A DNA stretch of 64,000 nucleotides, from positions 4,464,001 to 4,528,000 of the forward strand of contig NC_043018.1 in assembly GCF_006345805.1 (NCBI RefSeq), in the 5' to 3' direction. Both the position numbers and the translations under genes were made by a program. The notes beneath the pieces were generated by a model. It worked only from the letters and a program-made list of their open reading frames with translations. It did not search any database and had not been told where the DNA came from. Below are positions 12,993 through 26,280 of this stretch, in pieces. This DNA is from Octopus sinensis. Lineage: Eukaryota. Positions within the stretch are counted from its first letter, which is position 1; each line of letters starts with the position of its first letter.

Positions 12993-15835
12993 ACCTAGAG
13001 TAACCATCACCAGCAACAACAATGGCAGCAGCAACATTTACTATAGAATTAAACTCCCAAACAATTATAATAACATGAAGACAGGATAAAAAATAAAAGG
13101 CTATGATTGGGAAAGTCTATGTCAGCAAATAGTTAAAATAAATGAGTTCAAATGCTGGGAGCAAATAAATCCGGTGCCATGAGGAAGAAGAGAATTGTAA
13201 GATTTGCAGTAAAATACTTTGAAGTCAAAGAGTTGTTGTTGAATAAATGACAAAAGGAAAGTGAGAGAGAGGAGCAGGGTTGGGGAGGTATAAGAAAATA
13301 ATGAAAAAAGAGGAGGGGGGATGGGGAGGGAAAAGAAGATGAAGGAGTAAAAGAAGAGGGTATGGAAAAGGAGAAAAAGGAAATGGAAAGCATTGAAGAG
13401 GAGGAGAAGGCAAGACAAGAGGGGGGGAGTAAAAGAGCAGTTAGTAAAAGTAAAGGTAAAAGAAGTGGAGGAAGCACAAAAGGAAGAGAGAGAGAGAGAG
13501 AGAGAGTATGAGAAGAGAAGAGGGTAAAAGATGTGGAAGAATAGAGAATGGAGTAACAGAAGAGGAGGAAATAAGAGAAGAAGAAGGGGAAACAAGTATT
13601 AATGGATGTGAGAAGAATGGTGAAAGCCAAGAGAAATATAAAAAGATATCCTGTGACATCGTTTCTAAATGCTAAATTATGTGCACGTCTTCCTAGCCAT
13701 GTTATTGTATTATTGAAAATATTTCAATTTCTGTTTTTGCATCTAATAAGGAGGTTGTATAAGCGAAGGCTTTCTGCAACAGTCAAAGATATCGTTGTGG
13801 TCTTTTTTACGGTGAGGTAGGGGGGGGGGGTACAGTGCCTTCAAAACTGGTCAGATTGATACGGTTGGCATTTCATTTCCGACAGATGTAAGTTGACATC
13901 AGCTGATGAAATATGGCAGGTAAAGTTGTCATTTAGCCTCAGGTTAACCTTGACTGAACAGACTTATGATCAGAGATATTCCAGCAGTGACCATCCTGTC
14001 ATTTGTTTTGACCTTTGTAGATCTTTCTTCTTTTTTTTACTATATGCAAGAATCGTGGGCCCACCTTATCCTTTTCTAAGACAGTGGATGGTAGGATAAC
14101 AAGGCTAATTGTCAGAGTCGTTAGAGTGTGGTAATTATAGTAGACCAAACATGATTCAAACAAAGAGTTCCACAGTCTTAAAGGGGAGTAACTATAATGA
14201 AATATAGACAAAACTAGAAGCAGGTATGGTTGTGGGGCTAACTTTGTAAGTTCATGGTTCTAGGTTCAATCCCACAGCACAACACCTTTGACAAGTGTTC
14301 TGCATTACAGTCTCAGGCCAACCAAAACCACATGATAACTTTGTGGAGTTACTATATCTATTCTTGAGTGGTGAATTTAATAGGGAAACCAATTAGCAGA
14401 GTCATTAAAATGCCAGATAGAATGCCTTGTAGTATTTATTCCAGCTCTGTGCACTTTGAGTTCAAATCCCACCAATGTCAGCTTTGCTTTTCGTCCTTTC
14501 AGAGTTGACAAATAAAGTAACCACCCCTGTACTGGCATTAATTCTTCACTTTCTCTAACCCTTGTTTTCTGATTGTCTGTTTGTCTTTTCTTTTCCTGGA
14601 AGAAATTGGCCATGGTCAAACTTGGAATAGGTGAGGTGTCTTCCAGGTCTAAAGACACCCAAGATACATCACATGTTACATAGCTCCTCTATAACTTTGT
14701 CAAAGAGTTGAGGGCCCAAGGTAAAGCAAGGTAGGTGGGAGGGTGGGATTTGTGGAAGATTCGGCTGCTATCTTTAGCTTCCTAGCTCATGTCAAACAGT
14801 CCAACCCATGCCAGCATGGAGAACGGACATCAAATGACAATATAATATATATATACATGTACCATTGCCTAACGTCTGTTCTCCATGCTGTCATGGGTTG
14901 GACTATCTAACAGGAGCTACTGGGAAGCTGGAGAACAGTGCCAGGCTCCAACTGTCTGTTTTGGTATGGTTTCTATGACTGGAAGCCCTTCCTAATACCA
15001 ACCACTTTACAGAGTGTACTGGGTGCAGGCACAGGCACTGTATATGCGGCACAGGCACTGGAGTGTTTATGTGACACCAGCATGGATGCTCTTCACAGGC
15101 CATGAGCCATTGAAGGAGCTTATCAGTAATTGCTAGACTTGCTAGAGATAGCAGCTGAATCTGCCACAAATCCCACCCTCCCATCTACCTTGCTTTACTT
15201 TGGGCCCACAACTCCTTGGCCCTCAACAATATATATAGTAGAATAACAAAAAGGAAGTTCTTGTTCAAATATATATATATATATATCATCATCATCGTCG
15301 TCGTCGTTTAACGTCCATTTTCCATGCTAGTATGGGTTGGACGGTTCGACCGGGGTCTGGGAAGCCAGGAGGCTGCACCAGGCTCCAGTTTGATCTGGCA
15401 GTGTTTCTACAGCTGGATGCCTTTCCTAATGCCAACCACTCTATATATATACTCTTTACTCTTTTACTTGTTTCAGTCATTTGACTGTGGCCATGCTGGA
15501 GCACCACCTTTAGTCGAGCAAATCGACCCCAGGACTTATTCTTTGTAAGCCTAGTACTTATTCTATCAGTCTCTTAGGCCAAACCGCTAAGTTATGGGGA
15601 TGTAAACACACCAGCATCAGTTGTCAAGTGATGTTGGGGGGACAAACATATACACACACATACATATATACAACAGGCTTCTTTCAGTTTCTGTCTACCA
15701 AATCCACTCACAAGGCTTTGGTTGGCCCGAGGCTATAGTAGAAGACACTTGCCCAAGGTGCCATGCAGTAGGACTGAACCCGGGACCACGTGGTTGGTAA
15801 GCAAGCTACTTACCACACAGCCTCCACTATATTTA

Positions 15836-16171
15836 TTTAAAGAATGTAGTTGTGTAAAGCTGGACCAATGCAAGAAGGTACCAAGTAAACTACAAATTGA
15901 AAAGGAAACAAAACAAAGTTGCAGTTTTACCTTGTATTTCTATATTTCGGAGTGAAGACCCCTTCTTCAGGACATTTGGAAAAGTGGTGGCTGGAAAATG
16001 TTTGTTGCTCAGAAGTGTGTGCATGGGGAGAAGGCCTTTCTTCCCCCACCCCCACCCCGAAATATAGGAATACAAGGTGAAACTGCAACTTTGTTTTATT
16101 TTATTTTCAATTTGTAGTTTACTTGGTACCTTCTTGCATTGTTCCAACTTTACACAACTACACTCTTTAAA
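15836..16171. repeat. Inverted repeat with ~115-bp arms around a hammerhead-like core
   Basis: Arms 15836-15950 and 16057-16171. Minus strand across the left inner junction reads CTGAAGA-A-GGGG-tcttca-CTCC-GAAATATA. Confidence 0.88.
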
Positions 16172-16251
16172 TTATACCTCACAAAGCTTCACAAAAACTA
16201 CCTCATTTTAATATAGATATATTTACATGTATATATAAAGTAATAATAACA

Positions 16252-16456
16252 ATAAACATTTTAATGCATTGCGACACACATTTCCACAAATCATGTCTCT
16301 TAAGATCACAGTCTGAAGAAATGAATTTATGAAGAGGATCTACCCAATGCCCACAGATACTATGGACTACTCTGTAATCCTTCCAGGATATGGACTGTGA
16401 TCTTAAGAGACATGTGATATGTGGAAATTCATGTAGCAATGCATTAAAATGTTTAT
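16252..16456. repeat. Inverted repeat with ~62-bp arms
   Basis: ATAAACATTTTAATGCATTGC...CATGTCTCTTAAGATCACAGTC versus GACTGTGATCTTAAGAGACATG...GCAATGCATTAAAATGTTTAT. Confidence 0.85.
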
Positions 16457-19400
16457 AAATTCCGTCCAAGGTTTATTGTTTATATTACTATATTTATCCG
16501 GCATTATATCGGTACAAATTGATGCAACCCAGCAAAAATTGGTTCACCAGTCAGCATCATTAGACTGTGGCCAGCATAATGGAATAGGAACGTTATTTAT
16601 TTGACTAAACCCTTCAGCACAGAGATCCAGCATTGGGTTAAACCGAATGACTTAAACAAGTAAAAGAAAAGATAAAAGATATGTGAAGGTAAGTCTTCCT
16701 GAAACTTACTCTAAATAACCTTTCATGATCAAGCACCGTATATGGAGATTATATTCTGATTCTGTCATCTAATACCAACATTAAGCCTTTTAATACCAAG
16801 CTGATTCAGACCATCCTTGGTTCTATGGCACAAGGGGATCCAAATTAAAATTTCCCATTAAAATTTCCAGTTAATTTATGTTCCAGTCAAAAGCAGCAAG
16901 CTGGCAGAATCATTAGCATGCCAGGCAAATGCTTATTGGCATTTCATCTGTCTTTATGTCCTGAGTTCAAACTCTGCTATGGTTGACTTCACCTTTCATT
17001 CTTTTGGGGTCAATAAAATAAGTACCAGTGGAGCATTGGGCTCAATGTAATTGACTTATCACCTTCCCTAAAATTGCAGGCCTTGCGCCAAAATTTGAAA
17101 CCTACTTACGTTATAGTCAGCTTAATAATAAGTTGTTTAAGGTAGAAAACAAGCAGAATTGTTAACATGCTGGGTAAATGCTGAGCAACATTTCATCCAT
17201 CCTTACGTTCCGAGTTCAAATCTTTTTAGGGTCAATAAAATAAGTACCAGTTGAACACTGGGGTCAATGTAATTGACCTACCCACTCCCTTGAAATTGCT
17301 GGCCTTGTGCCAAACTTTGAAATCAATGATAACAGTTATTTTGCTAGCTTCTTCATTATTTTCAAAATTAATTGAAATAAATAGGATTATTTCAATAGAG
17401 AGTTGGTAACAAAATGTTCAAAGTTAAAGCTAATATCTTTCCTTAAAGGAACAACACAATGTCTGTGGCAGGACTCAGTGGCAGATTTAGATGAAGAAAG
17501 GCCCTGGGCTCATACCTTTATCAGGCTCCTACCAAAAGACTTATGAGGGTATCAGGAATAACATACACACTGGCTGGTTGCTTGATAAATTTTAAGGCTC
17601 TATAGTTCAGCCTGACAAGTCTACGGGTAAATCCACTGCTTCCATGGGTTTATTGCTACTCTGCAATATTCACACCAAATTAATAAAGAGTAGCTCTGAG
17701 AATAAATTAAAGAATACATTATGCAATTCAGATTCCTGTAGGATTGATTTATGCTCTCTGAATATCAAATATTATATTTCATATTCTAGATTACAAAGAA
17801 CAGACAAATACTCACTTGTATTTCACTTTGGTGTAATAATAACCAACCAGTTATTAATACAAGATTAAATTCAGATATTTAATAAAACAATATTAGAAAC
17901 TCTAACATTAGAAATATTAGAGTTTGGCAAGTAACTTGATCTGAGATTTGATCAATTTGAGAACATGTGTGCTATGATGTCGACATGATAGCTCTTTAAA
18001 ACACCATCACCATTCAAGAGAATAAAAACTCATTTTTATCTAGGTGCAGGCATGGCTTTGTTTGAGATGTTTGCTTCCCGGCTGCTATATGACTTTGAAT
18101 TCAGTCCCACTGTGTGGCGGCAGCTCGAGCAAGTGTCTTCTATTTTAGTCCCAGCCAACCAAAGCCATGTGAGCAGATTTGTTAGAAAGAAGCTGAAGGA
18201 AACCTGGCACGTGCACGCGTGAGTGTGATTATGTATGTGAATGTATGTTTGTGTCTGCTTGTCTTGACATCACATGACTGGCACACTGAAACAAGTAGCA
18301 GTGACATTCATTTCTAATATTCAGTGTGAACATGTCTGACCATGGATAAATATTACCTTGCTTGGAAACAGGTGAAGCCTGGCCATAAGAAAAGCACTCA
18401 GCCACAGAAAATGTTTCAATAAACTCCATCCAGCCCAATCAAGCATGGAAAAAATGGATGTTAAAACAATGATGATGATGATGATGATGATGTTAGTCCT
18501 GCTAAAATGAACAGCCAACTCTCCTTCAAAGTTTACCCTATTGTCTTAAAAATGCATGAATATTCTAGATAAAATAGTCCAGAAAAGAAGATGGTTACAA
18601 CATGAATGCCAACTGAAAGAATTGAGTTTGGCTCATAGAAATACATGTACTAACTAAATAATATAGACAACATCCAAGCGTGATAATTGTAGCCTCTAAA
18701 GAGATGAGTGTTGTCTTCTAATATACTCCCATGCATATATGTAGAGAAATAGCAATTGTAACATGTTGTGGACAAAGACCAGCGCAGAATTGTTATCATG
18801 CTGGGCAAAATGGTAAGTGGCATTTTGTTCATCTTTACATTCTGAGTTCAGATTCCACTGAGGTCAACTTTGCCATTAAAATTTCCGGTTAATTCATTAA
18901 AATGCCAGAGTGCCTTGTAGTATTTATTCCAGCTCTGTGCACTTTGAGTTCAAATCCCACCAATGTCAGCTTTGCTTTTCGTCCTTTCAGAGTTGACAAA
19001 TAAAGTAACCACCCCTGTACTAGCATTAATTCTTCACTTTCTCTAACCCTTGTTTTCTGATTGTCTGTTTGTCTTTTCTTTTCCTGGAAGAAATTGGCCA
19101 TGGTCAAACTTGGAATAGGTGAAGTGTCTTCCAGGTCTAAAGACACCAAAGATACATCACATGTTACATAGGCTCCTCTATAACTTTGTCAAAGAGTTGA
19201 GGGCCCAAGGTAAAGCAAGGTAGGTGGGAGGGTGGGATTTGTGGAAGATTCGGCTGCTATCTTTAGCTTCCTAACTCATGTCAAACAGTCCAACCCATGC
19301 CAGCATGGAGAACGGACACCAAAGTGCCCTAAGCACTTTAAAGATTTTGGTGCTGCCATATATATGTACTTCAAAATACACATAATAATAAACCATAAAA

Positions 19401-19469
19401 TAAAATGTTTTTCAAAATGAAACAAAGTTAACAGCAAGATGGAAAATAATGTTTATTTTTGTATACTTC

Positions 19470-19585
19470 TTTATTGATATTTGAAGAGTTTTCTTTTTTT
19501 AATTGCAAACTCTTTGATGAGATCCTCAAAATTAATCTTATGTAACACACTGGCTTCTATACTTAGCAGAGATAAAGCATACCGA
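19470..19585 (-). mobile_element. hAT (ZMYM1-like) transposase C-terminal relic
   Basis: ALSLLSIEASVLHKINFEDLIKEFAIKKRKLF resembles the LSIE...EFA.KK.RK end of these transposases. Confidence 0.6.
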
Positions 19586-22394
19586 ATATTATTTTAGCAA
19601 GTTTAAAGTGATTTCTTTTGTGCCATAAACCATTTACCATTTCTGGTGGGCCCTCCTTCTCTTCAAGACCCTACACATGCTCATTTTACTTAATAATCAA
19701 TCCAGCACTGACTAAGCCTTGTCCACTCTACCAGCTACATACGTGGGAAGCTCCAGTATTTACAAATGTACTGAAACAGAGTAGACAGTGTAAAGTGCAA
19801 AACATGGCCAGGCAAGGCCACGCCCGTTGCTGGACTTTGGTACTTGGAGGTCCAAATATTCCGAGAGGGCACTAATTTTTGTAAACTGTATTTTCTAAAT
19901 GTGAGGGTGCACCATTAAGAAGTGAGGGTCAGTGCCATCCAGTGCATCTCCTCAGCGAAGGCCATGGTTCAGGCTTTTATACACTTCACATCTTATGAAC
20001 CATCACAGTATATCGCAGCCAGGTAGAGGTGTGGTAGACCTGGCACAACAGACCTCATGGGTTACACCTAATATTTTGGTCAATTGGTTGTTAAAGGAGT
20101 ATTCAATCAGAGCTGAGTAAAGTCTGCATTACAACAGCATCAACATACAGACCATTATTTTCACTTTTATTATACAATTTTGTAATAATGCCAAGTAGTT
20201 TTGGCTCAGAAACTTATTCCACTGCATCTGAATGTTAGAAATTGCTGTTTGTTTAAAATATTACGATTATTGAATTATGAAGATAAAGAATATAACAAAT
20301 TAAAAAGACATAAATTTTAAATACTGCTTTCGTCAGTGAATAAAATGTTTGTCTGTTTTGAATGTTAGAAACTAAAAATAAAATATAAAAATAATTTTTT
20401 TACTTTAATCAGTTCTACTCATTAATAATTACTTGTTTAGTTTTGTTTTTTCTTCTAATTCCACAATGATGATGATGACAATGATGATCACAGGGCTGAT
20501 AATGATGATAATGTTGTTGATGGTTATGGTGGTGGTGGTGATGATAATGATGATGATGACAATGCTGATTAGGAGAATGATAAATGGTGTGAATACTAGA
20601 ACCAACAAAATTTTATTAAATACTGTTTAAAAGAACAATCAATCATTAGGACTTAATTAGACAATAGCAACATGGTTAAGAAGTTCATTTGCCAACTATG
20701 TGATCCTGGGTTCAGTCTGTAGATGGACTACAACACCAGGTTGTCCAAAGCCTTGTGAGTGGATTTGGTTAATGGAAACTGAAAGAAGATGGTCATACAT
20801 TATGTGTGTGTGTGTGTGTGTAGTTGTTTACATTTTGTGCTTCTTGGAAAAACCCTGAGTGATGCAAGTGTGATGCCAACAACCCATCTGCTGGCTTTGC
20901 ATATTTGAAGATGTAATGAAATAAAAGATCCCTTACTTGGACAAGGAAAACAGTTAAGGGATAGAAATAGTAATGGTTGTGTTTCCCACCTCAACGTGGC
21001 TGTTCCATACAGAACACTGTTACTTCTCTTTTTAACCCCAGGAGGACATCTCCACCAGCTGGGTAGCAACACACTATCTGTGTCCATTGGGTGAAATGCA
21101 ACACCTCAGTGGTTAAAGTTTCATGAATGAGGACAGGATATTTTGACTAAATTATCATCATGAAGGAAATAAAGAATATTGTAAGTCAACTTCTTCATTC
21201 TTTTATTTGTTTCAGTCATAAGATTGTGGCCATGCTGGGGCAATACTTTAGGTGTTTAGTCAAACAAATTGGCCCCGGACTAATTTTCTTTTTAAGCCTG
21301 GTATTTATTCTATCAATATCCTTTGCTGAATGGCTAAGTTATGGAGATGTAAACACACCAAAACTGGTTGTCAAGCAGTGGCAGGGGGACAAACACACAC
21401 ACACACACGCATACACACACGCATACATACATGACAGACTCCTTTCAGTTTGTGTCTACCAAATCTACTCACAAGGCTTTGGTTGCCCCAAGGCTATAGT
21501 GGAAGACACTTGCCCAAGGTGCCATGCAGTGGGACTGAACCCAGAACCATGTGGTTGGGAAGCAAGCTTCTTGCCACACAACCACACCTGCACCTATTAT
21601 ATAATTTCACCATCATTTATTCATCAACTGGTGGTGGTGGGAGGGGGGTCTTCCTTTCTTTCCAGAGCCCTTCATTAAGAATACAAGGCTGTTGTTGTTA
21701 GTGTGGTTAAAGTGGAGTTTACCAGATGCAATTAATCTAATCAATACCCAATACCTGTCACCATATAATATTGGCTGCCTGGTTGGTTGATCTGCCCAGT
21801 CATGTTGTATATATAATATAGAGAGAGATGGAGTGAGAATAAAAGAGACATACAGAGAAAGTAAACATAAGAAGTGCAGAATAGGTGCACATACAAGATA
21901 TTTTGTTGCAGTTGTTGTTGTTCTTTAACAACCTTTGAACAGATAGACAACCAAATGGCCAGGCATAACCCACAGGATTGCTTGCCCCAGATTTACTTCA
22001 CCCTGACCTGGCTGGGATCCATATGATACTTGCAAAGGAACCCTAAAGACACACAGACACACTGAAAGCAAAAGAATCATAGAGACAGAGGAGGAGAATG
22101 GGGAGGAGGAAGGAAGTAGGAGAAGGGGAAGAGGAAGAGGAGGAGGGGGAGTAAATGACAAAATAGTTGTGGGAACAGTTAAACCAATGAGAAATTTATT
22201 GTATTTAATTTCAATCAAAGATAAACATTTTTCTCTTGAAAATTACTATTTATTTCCTCGTTTTTCTATAAGCACCAAGAAATTTGATAAAGGCTAAATT
22301 ACAGTGATTCTATGTATGTATTTCCTGATATTGGCCATAGTAGTAAAAATATACTTCCTACATTACCTGGCATATGACAGATAACACTCTAGTA

Positions 22395-22573
22395 TAGTGG
22401 TTCCTATATGGCCTTAAACGGTTTTTTATACGACTCCTAATAATATTTCATTATAAAAATATAGTAGGGCACTTTTTATACTCATCAAATAGCTATGGAA
22501 GTCCACCCGAGTAAAATGGGAATGAAAGGGGTATCAAAGGGGTCTATGGGTAAAAAACAGTTGGGAACCATTG
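22395..22573. mobile_element. hAT-Charlie MITE
   Basis: TIRs TAGTGGTTCC...GGAACCATTG with perfect 8-bp TSD CTCTAGTA (22387-22394 and 22574-22581). Confidence 0.85.
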
Positions 22574-23449
22574 CTCTAGTACATCTTTTATTTTTGACTT
22601 CTTTCAGCTATAGGACAGTGGCTTTGCTAGGGCACCAGCTTGAAGCATTTAGTTGAATATAAACTGAGCCCAGTACCTCTTTTTAAGTCTTTATTCCATT
22701 AATCTCTTTTCTTGAACCACAACATTTCCTATTTCTTTATTGCCCACAAGGGGCTAAACATAGAGGGGACAAACAAGGACAAAGGGATTAAGTCGATTAC
22801 ATCGACCCCCCAGTGCGTAACTAGCACTTAATTTATTGACCCCAAAAAGATGAAAGGCAAAGTCAACCTCAGCAGAATTTGAACTCAGAACGTAAAGACA
22901 GACAAAATACCACGAAGCATTTCGCCCAGCATGCTAACATTTCTGCCAGCTTACCACCTTAACCACAACGTTTCCATCTATGAAATTCACTCATGAGACA
23001 TTGGTTGGCCCATGGCTATACAAGAAGACATCTGCCTAAGATGCTGTGCAGTAGGACTGAACCGAAAACTTCATGGCAGAAAGTGAGCTTCTTAACCACA
23101 CAGCCATGCCTGTGATAATTTTAAACATTAACAATGATTGGGAATTGATCTATTGACTGTCAGCAAGACCAACTTCTGTTTAACCAAAATGAATCACAAT
23201 TAATACAAGCAGTAAACTTATCATTGCAAAAGTGAGTGGGTGCTCGTTCAATTAAAGCTGGGAAAAGGTTAGTGGGATGTTCCACAATCTAATCAAAAGA
23301 CTTCTTGATTTTAAACTACAGGACATTTGAATAAATAATAAAGTTCAGCCACCACAGCTTAATATCTACAATATCAATTATTAATCAGTCTGGAAACAAG
23401 TATTTAAAATTATTATCAATCCAGCTGATGATTGTATATTTGGTAGTTT

Positions 23450-23583
<134 letters not shown>

Positions 23584-23637
23584 AACTTGGTGGGGCTGAT
23601 AAGAAGAGGCCAGTGCATCAAGGGAATTTATTTAGGC

Positions 23638-24029
23638 CAGTGGTTCTCAACCAGGGTCCAAATAACCTCTAGAGGCCCATATAAGATTTTTGGGGCTCCA
23701 TATATGCAAAATAGTAAGTTGTTGGGAATCCACAGTAGTATTGAAAGGGCCCATGAAGAGATTTTGTACCTGAAGTATTTATGAAAGAAACAGCCAGGTT
23801 TCTTTCTTTAATGGTTTGCATAATCCAACATGTTTCTGGTGACTGAAACATGTTTCTGGTGAGAGAGATGCTAATGCAAACCCACACAAGTGAGCGGAAA
23901 AAATGGGAATTTTGAAAGAAGCATCTATAAAACTAAATTTTAACAAATGAATTGCTGGTGGTGGGGGATCCACCAAAATAAAATAGTAATGAAAGGGGTT
24001 CATATGCAAAAAATAGTTGAGAATCACTG
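23638..24029. mobile_element. hAT-Charlie MITE
   Basis: TIRs CAGTGGTTCTCAAC...GTTGAGAATCACTG with 8-bp TSD ATTTAGGC/ATTTAAGC (one mismatch). Confidence 0.8.
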
Positions 24030-25243
24030 ATTTAAGCAGCAGGAGTGCTACATAGAGTAGAATCAGTAGAAGAGATTGAGGAGGGATCCAAGTCATCAAT
24101 GGGTGTGTAGTTATGGAGGGAAAATGGGTGAAAGCTTACTTGTTAAGCAGATAAGTGCTCAGTGATTGCTTGATGAGTGCACAGTATCAGAGATGTGACT
24201 GTTTAATTTACTCTCTCTCTCTTTTTTGCTCTGTCCCTCTCTTTCTTACTCTGTCTCTCTCTCTCTCTCTCTCTCTTTGTCTCCTCTCTCTCTCTCTCCC
24301 TCTCCCTCTCCCTCTTTTCAAGCATCATCTCTACAGCTATCAGCAGTCATTAATTGCTAAAGCTTGATGGTTCAGGGTACAGCAGTGGTTTTCCTATGTT
24401 CAGTCCTGGTTTATTTACTGTTTATTCTGCTAATTTCCAACTCTCCCAAGTCGACTCTTGGCACACTGGATTTATTTTACTATTAGGCAAGAAGACTACT
24501 CTGTATGACATCAGGTATGTCTGCACCCCAGTACATCTGTGTGACACATGTCTAGGGACCAGTCTGCCTCCAAGTCCAGTCTAAGCTATAGACCTCTTCA
24601 GCCAGTTGCTCCATAACCGAAGCCCTTGACACGTACTACTAGTCCAGGCCTGAGTGGATATGGGAGTAGTGATGACCAAGGAGTAACTGCTTATGCCCCA
24701 TAACTCCTAAACTCACAAGTTGGTGCCATTTCATACCTTACCCAAACAAAGGGTTCGTTCAAATGGTGTCATTTGTTTCCAGTTCCCTGTTCAATAGAGC
24801 AGGAGGTTATTGTTTTGAAACAGGTAAGGGTTGGTGTCAGGTAAGGGCATCTTGATGCTCAAAAGTAGTCTCAGCAGCCCCAGCCCCCTCCTCCAAAATT
24901 TCAGGATTTGTGACTACTGTAGTGCCAATAGTAGAGAAGATTATTATTATTATTATCGCATTTCCCTATCTTTTCCGTTTCTTTCCCCTCATCCTTCATG
25001 AACCCCCCACACACACACACACACAAATTGCTGTCTGTCCTTGTAATATCCTCTTCATCTATGCCCTTGTGGCTAATAAAAGAAATTGTTGTTGTTGTTA
25101 TTATTATTATTATAATCTCATAACAGCCAATTAATGTTACCAAATGGTTTCATGCTGATAACCTTCTAGAAGAGGAGAGATCAATTAACAATCGTTAGAC
25201 ATAACTCTTTCTTTCTTTCTTTCTCTCTCTCTCTCTCTCTCTC

Positions 25244-25277
<34 letters not shown>

Positions 25278-25325
25278 TAGATAGATAGATGTATGTGTGC
25301 ATGTTTGTGCATGTGCATGCATGCA

Positions 25326-25362
<37 letters not shown>

Positions 25363-25498
25363 GTGTGTGTGCATATCATCTTTTGATCCCAGCACCATTT
25401 TTCAAAATTTCATTAAAATATTTGCATTTTAATTAAGTGAATCTTTATTATTCTCTTTCCCTCTGCCTCTTTTGAATTTCTCTTCATGCCAGCCTGAG

Positions 25499-25529
<31 letters not shown>

Positions 25530-25798
25530 TACACACACATACACGCACACTTATTGAAGGAGTGGCTTTGAATTTAAATGCCAGGTCTTAACAATTTCCA
25601 TATAGTGGCGCCAGGGTTTTGTTATCACAGTAATTCTTCACAGAAATGTAAATAAGCAATTATTGGAATAAATAAATAAAAAATCTCATTTGGTTTTAAA
25701 AGATCTATAGGCATGAATAATTTCATGGTACAGGGGAGAATTGTATATAAAAATAAAAAGACGAAAGAAAACAAGAAAATATAGAAATAGGTTCTTAC

Positions 25799-25895
25799 CT
25801 TGATGTATCACAAAATTAAGTTTTGTGGAATCCAAGTCTTTAATGTACTTCCCAAAGAAGGAATTGATAAAATTTGCAATTATTCCTTCAAACAT
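25799..25895 (-). CDS. VPS13: First coding exon of a VPS13-family lipid-transfer protein (Chorein_N start); paralog uncertain, most like VPS13D/A/C
   Basis: Translation MFEGIIANFINSFFGKYIKDLDSTKLNFVIHQ-G fits the VPS13 N-terminal pattern (M-x-E...N-x-x-x-G-x-Y...L-D...G). Kozak ACCATG. 97 coding nt end in a phase-1 donor AAG|GTAAGA, the position of the first coding intron as I recall it for animal VPS13 genes. Upstream acceptor ttttatttttaatctacag puts the exon start at 25930. Confidence 0.85.
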
Positions 25896-25930
25896 GGTGA
25901 TAGGTACATGAATGACACTCTCTGAGCAAT
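25896..25930 (-). other. VPS13: 5'UTR part of the VPS13 start-codon exon
   Basis: Lies between the pyrimidine-rich AG acceptor (25931-25932) and the ATG at 25895. Confidence 0.7.
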
Positions 25931-25989
25931 CTGTAGATTAAAAATAAAATAAATCAATCAAAATTAGTTTACTTTTCACAATACAAATC

Positions 25990-26020
<31 letters not shown>

Positions 26021-26280
26021 TTTTTACCTCCTCTTAAGGCCACATACATCATTGATCATTTCTGTCTTAATGTCCACTTTTCCATGCTTGCATGGGGCAG
26101 ATGGAATCTGTTGAGGCAGATATTTTATGTGCAGATGCCCTTCCTGTCACCAATTCTCACCTGTTTCCAAGCAATGGAATATTCTACCATGGCCTTATGG
26201 AGCAATGTGGACAAACCCTTTGGTCTTTGATGCTACAAAGGGACCCAAGGGCCAACAGTCCTGCTCATAATACATATTAA

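Larger units (their letters stand above)
14403..19318 (+). repeat. Near-identical ~425-bp direct duplication (14403-14829 and 18895-19318)
   Basis: The same composite (SINE A piece, spacer, RTE-tail piece) occurs twice with few differences; the duplicated ORFs MSLDLEDTSPIPSLTMANFFQ... reflect this. Confidence 0.9.

Noticed and set aside
13122-13660. Long L/S/F/P-rich ORFs
   Set aside because: Antisense of a purine-rich low-complexity tract.
16710-16755. Candidate VPS13 exon (NLHIRCLIMKGYL, GTAAGT donor)
   Set aside because: No polypyrimidine tract, phase does not fit and similarity is weak.
20250-20371. Strong minus-strand acceptor with an open phase-1 frame (VSNIQNRQTFYSLTKA...)
   Set aside because: No resemblance to the expected VPS13 continuation and only a weak donor.
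25141-25180. Possible 22-25 nt microexon (tctctcctcttctag...GTAACA)
   Set aside because: Peptide is not VPS13-like and there is no independent support.
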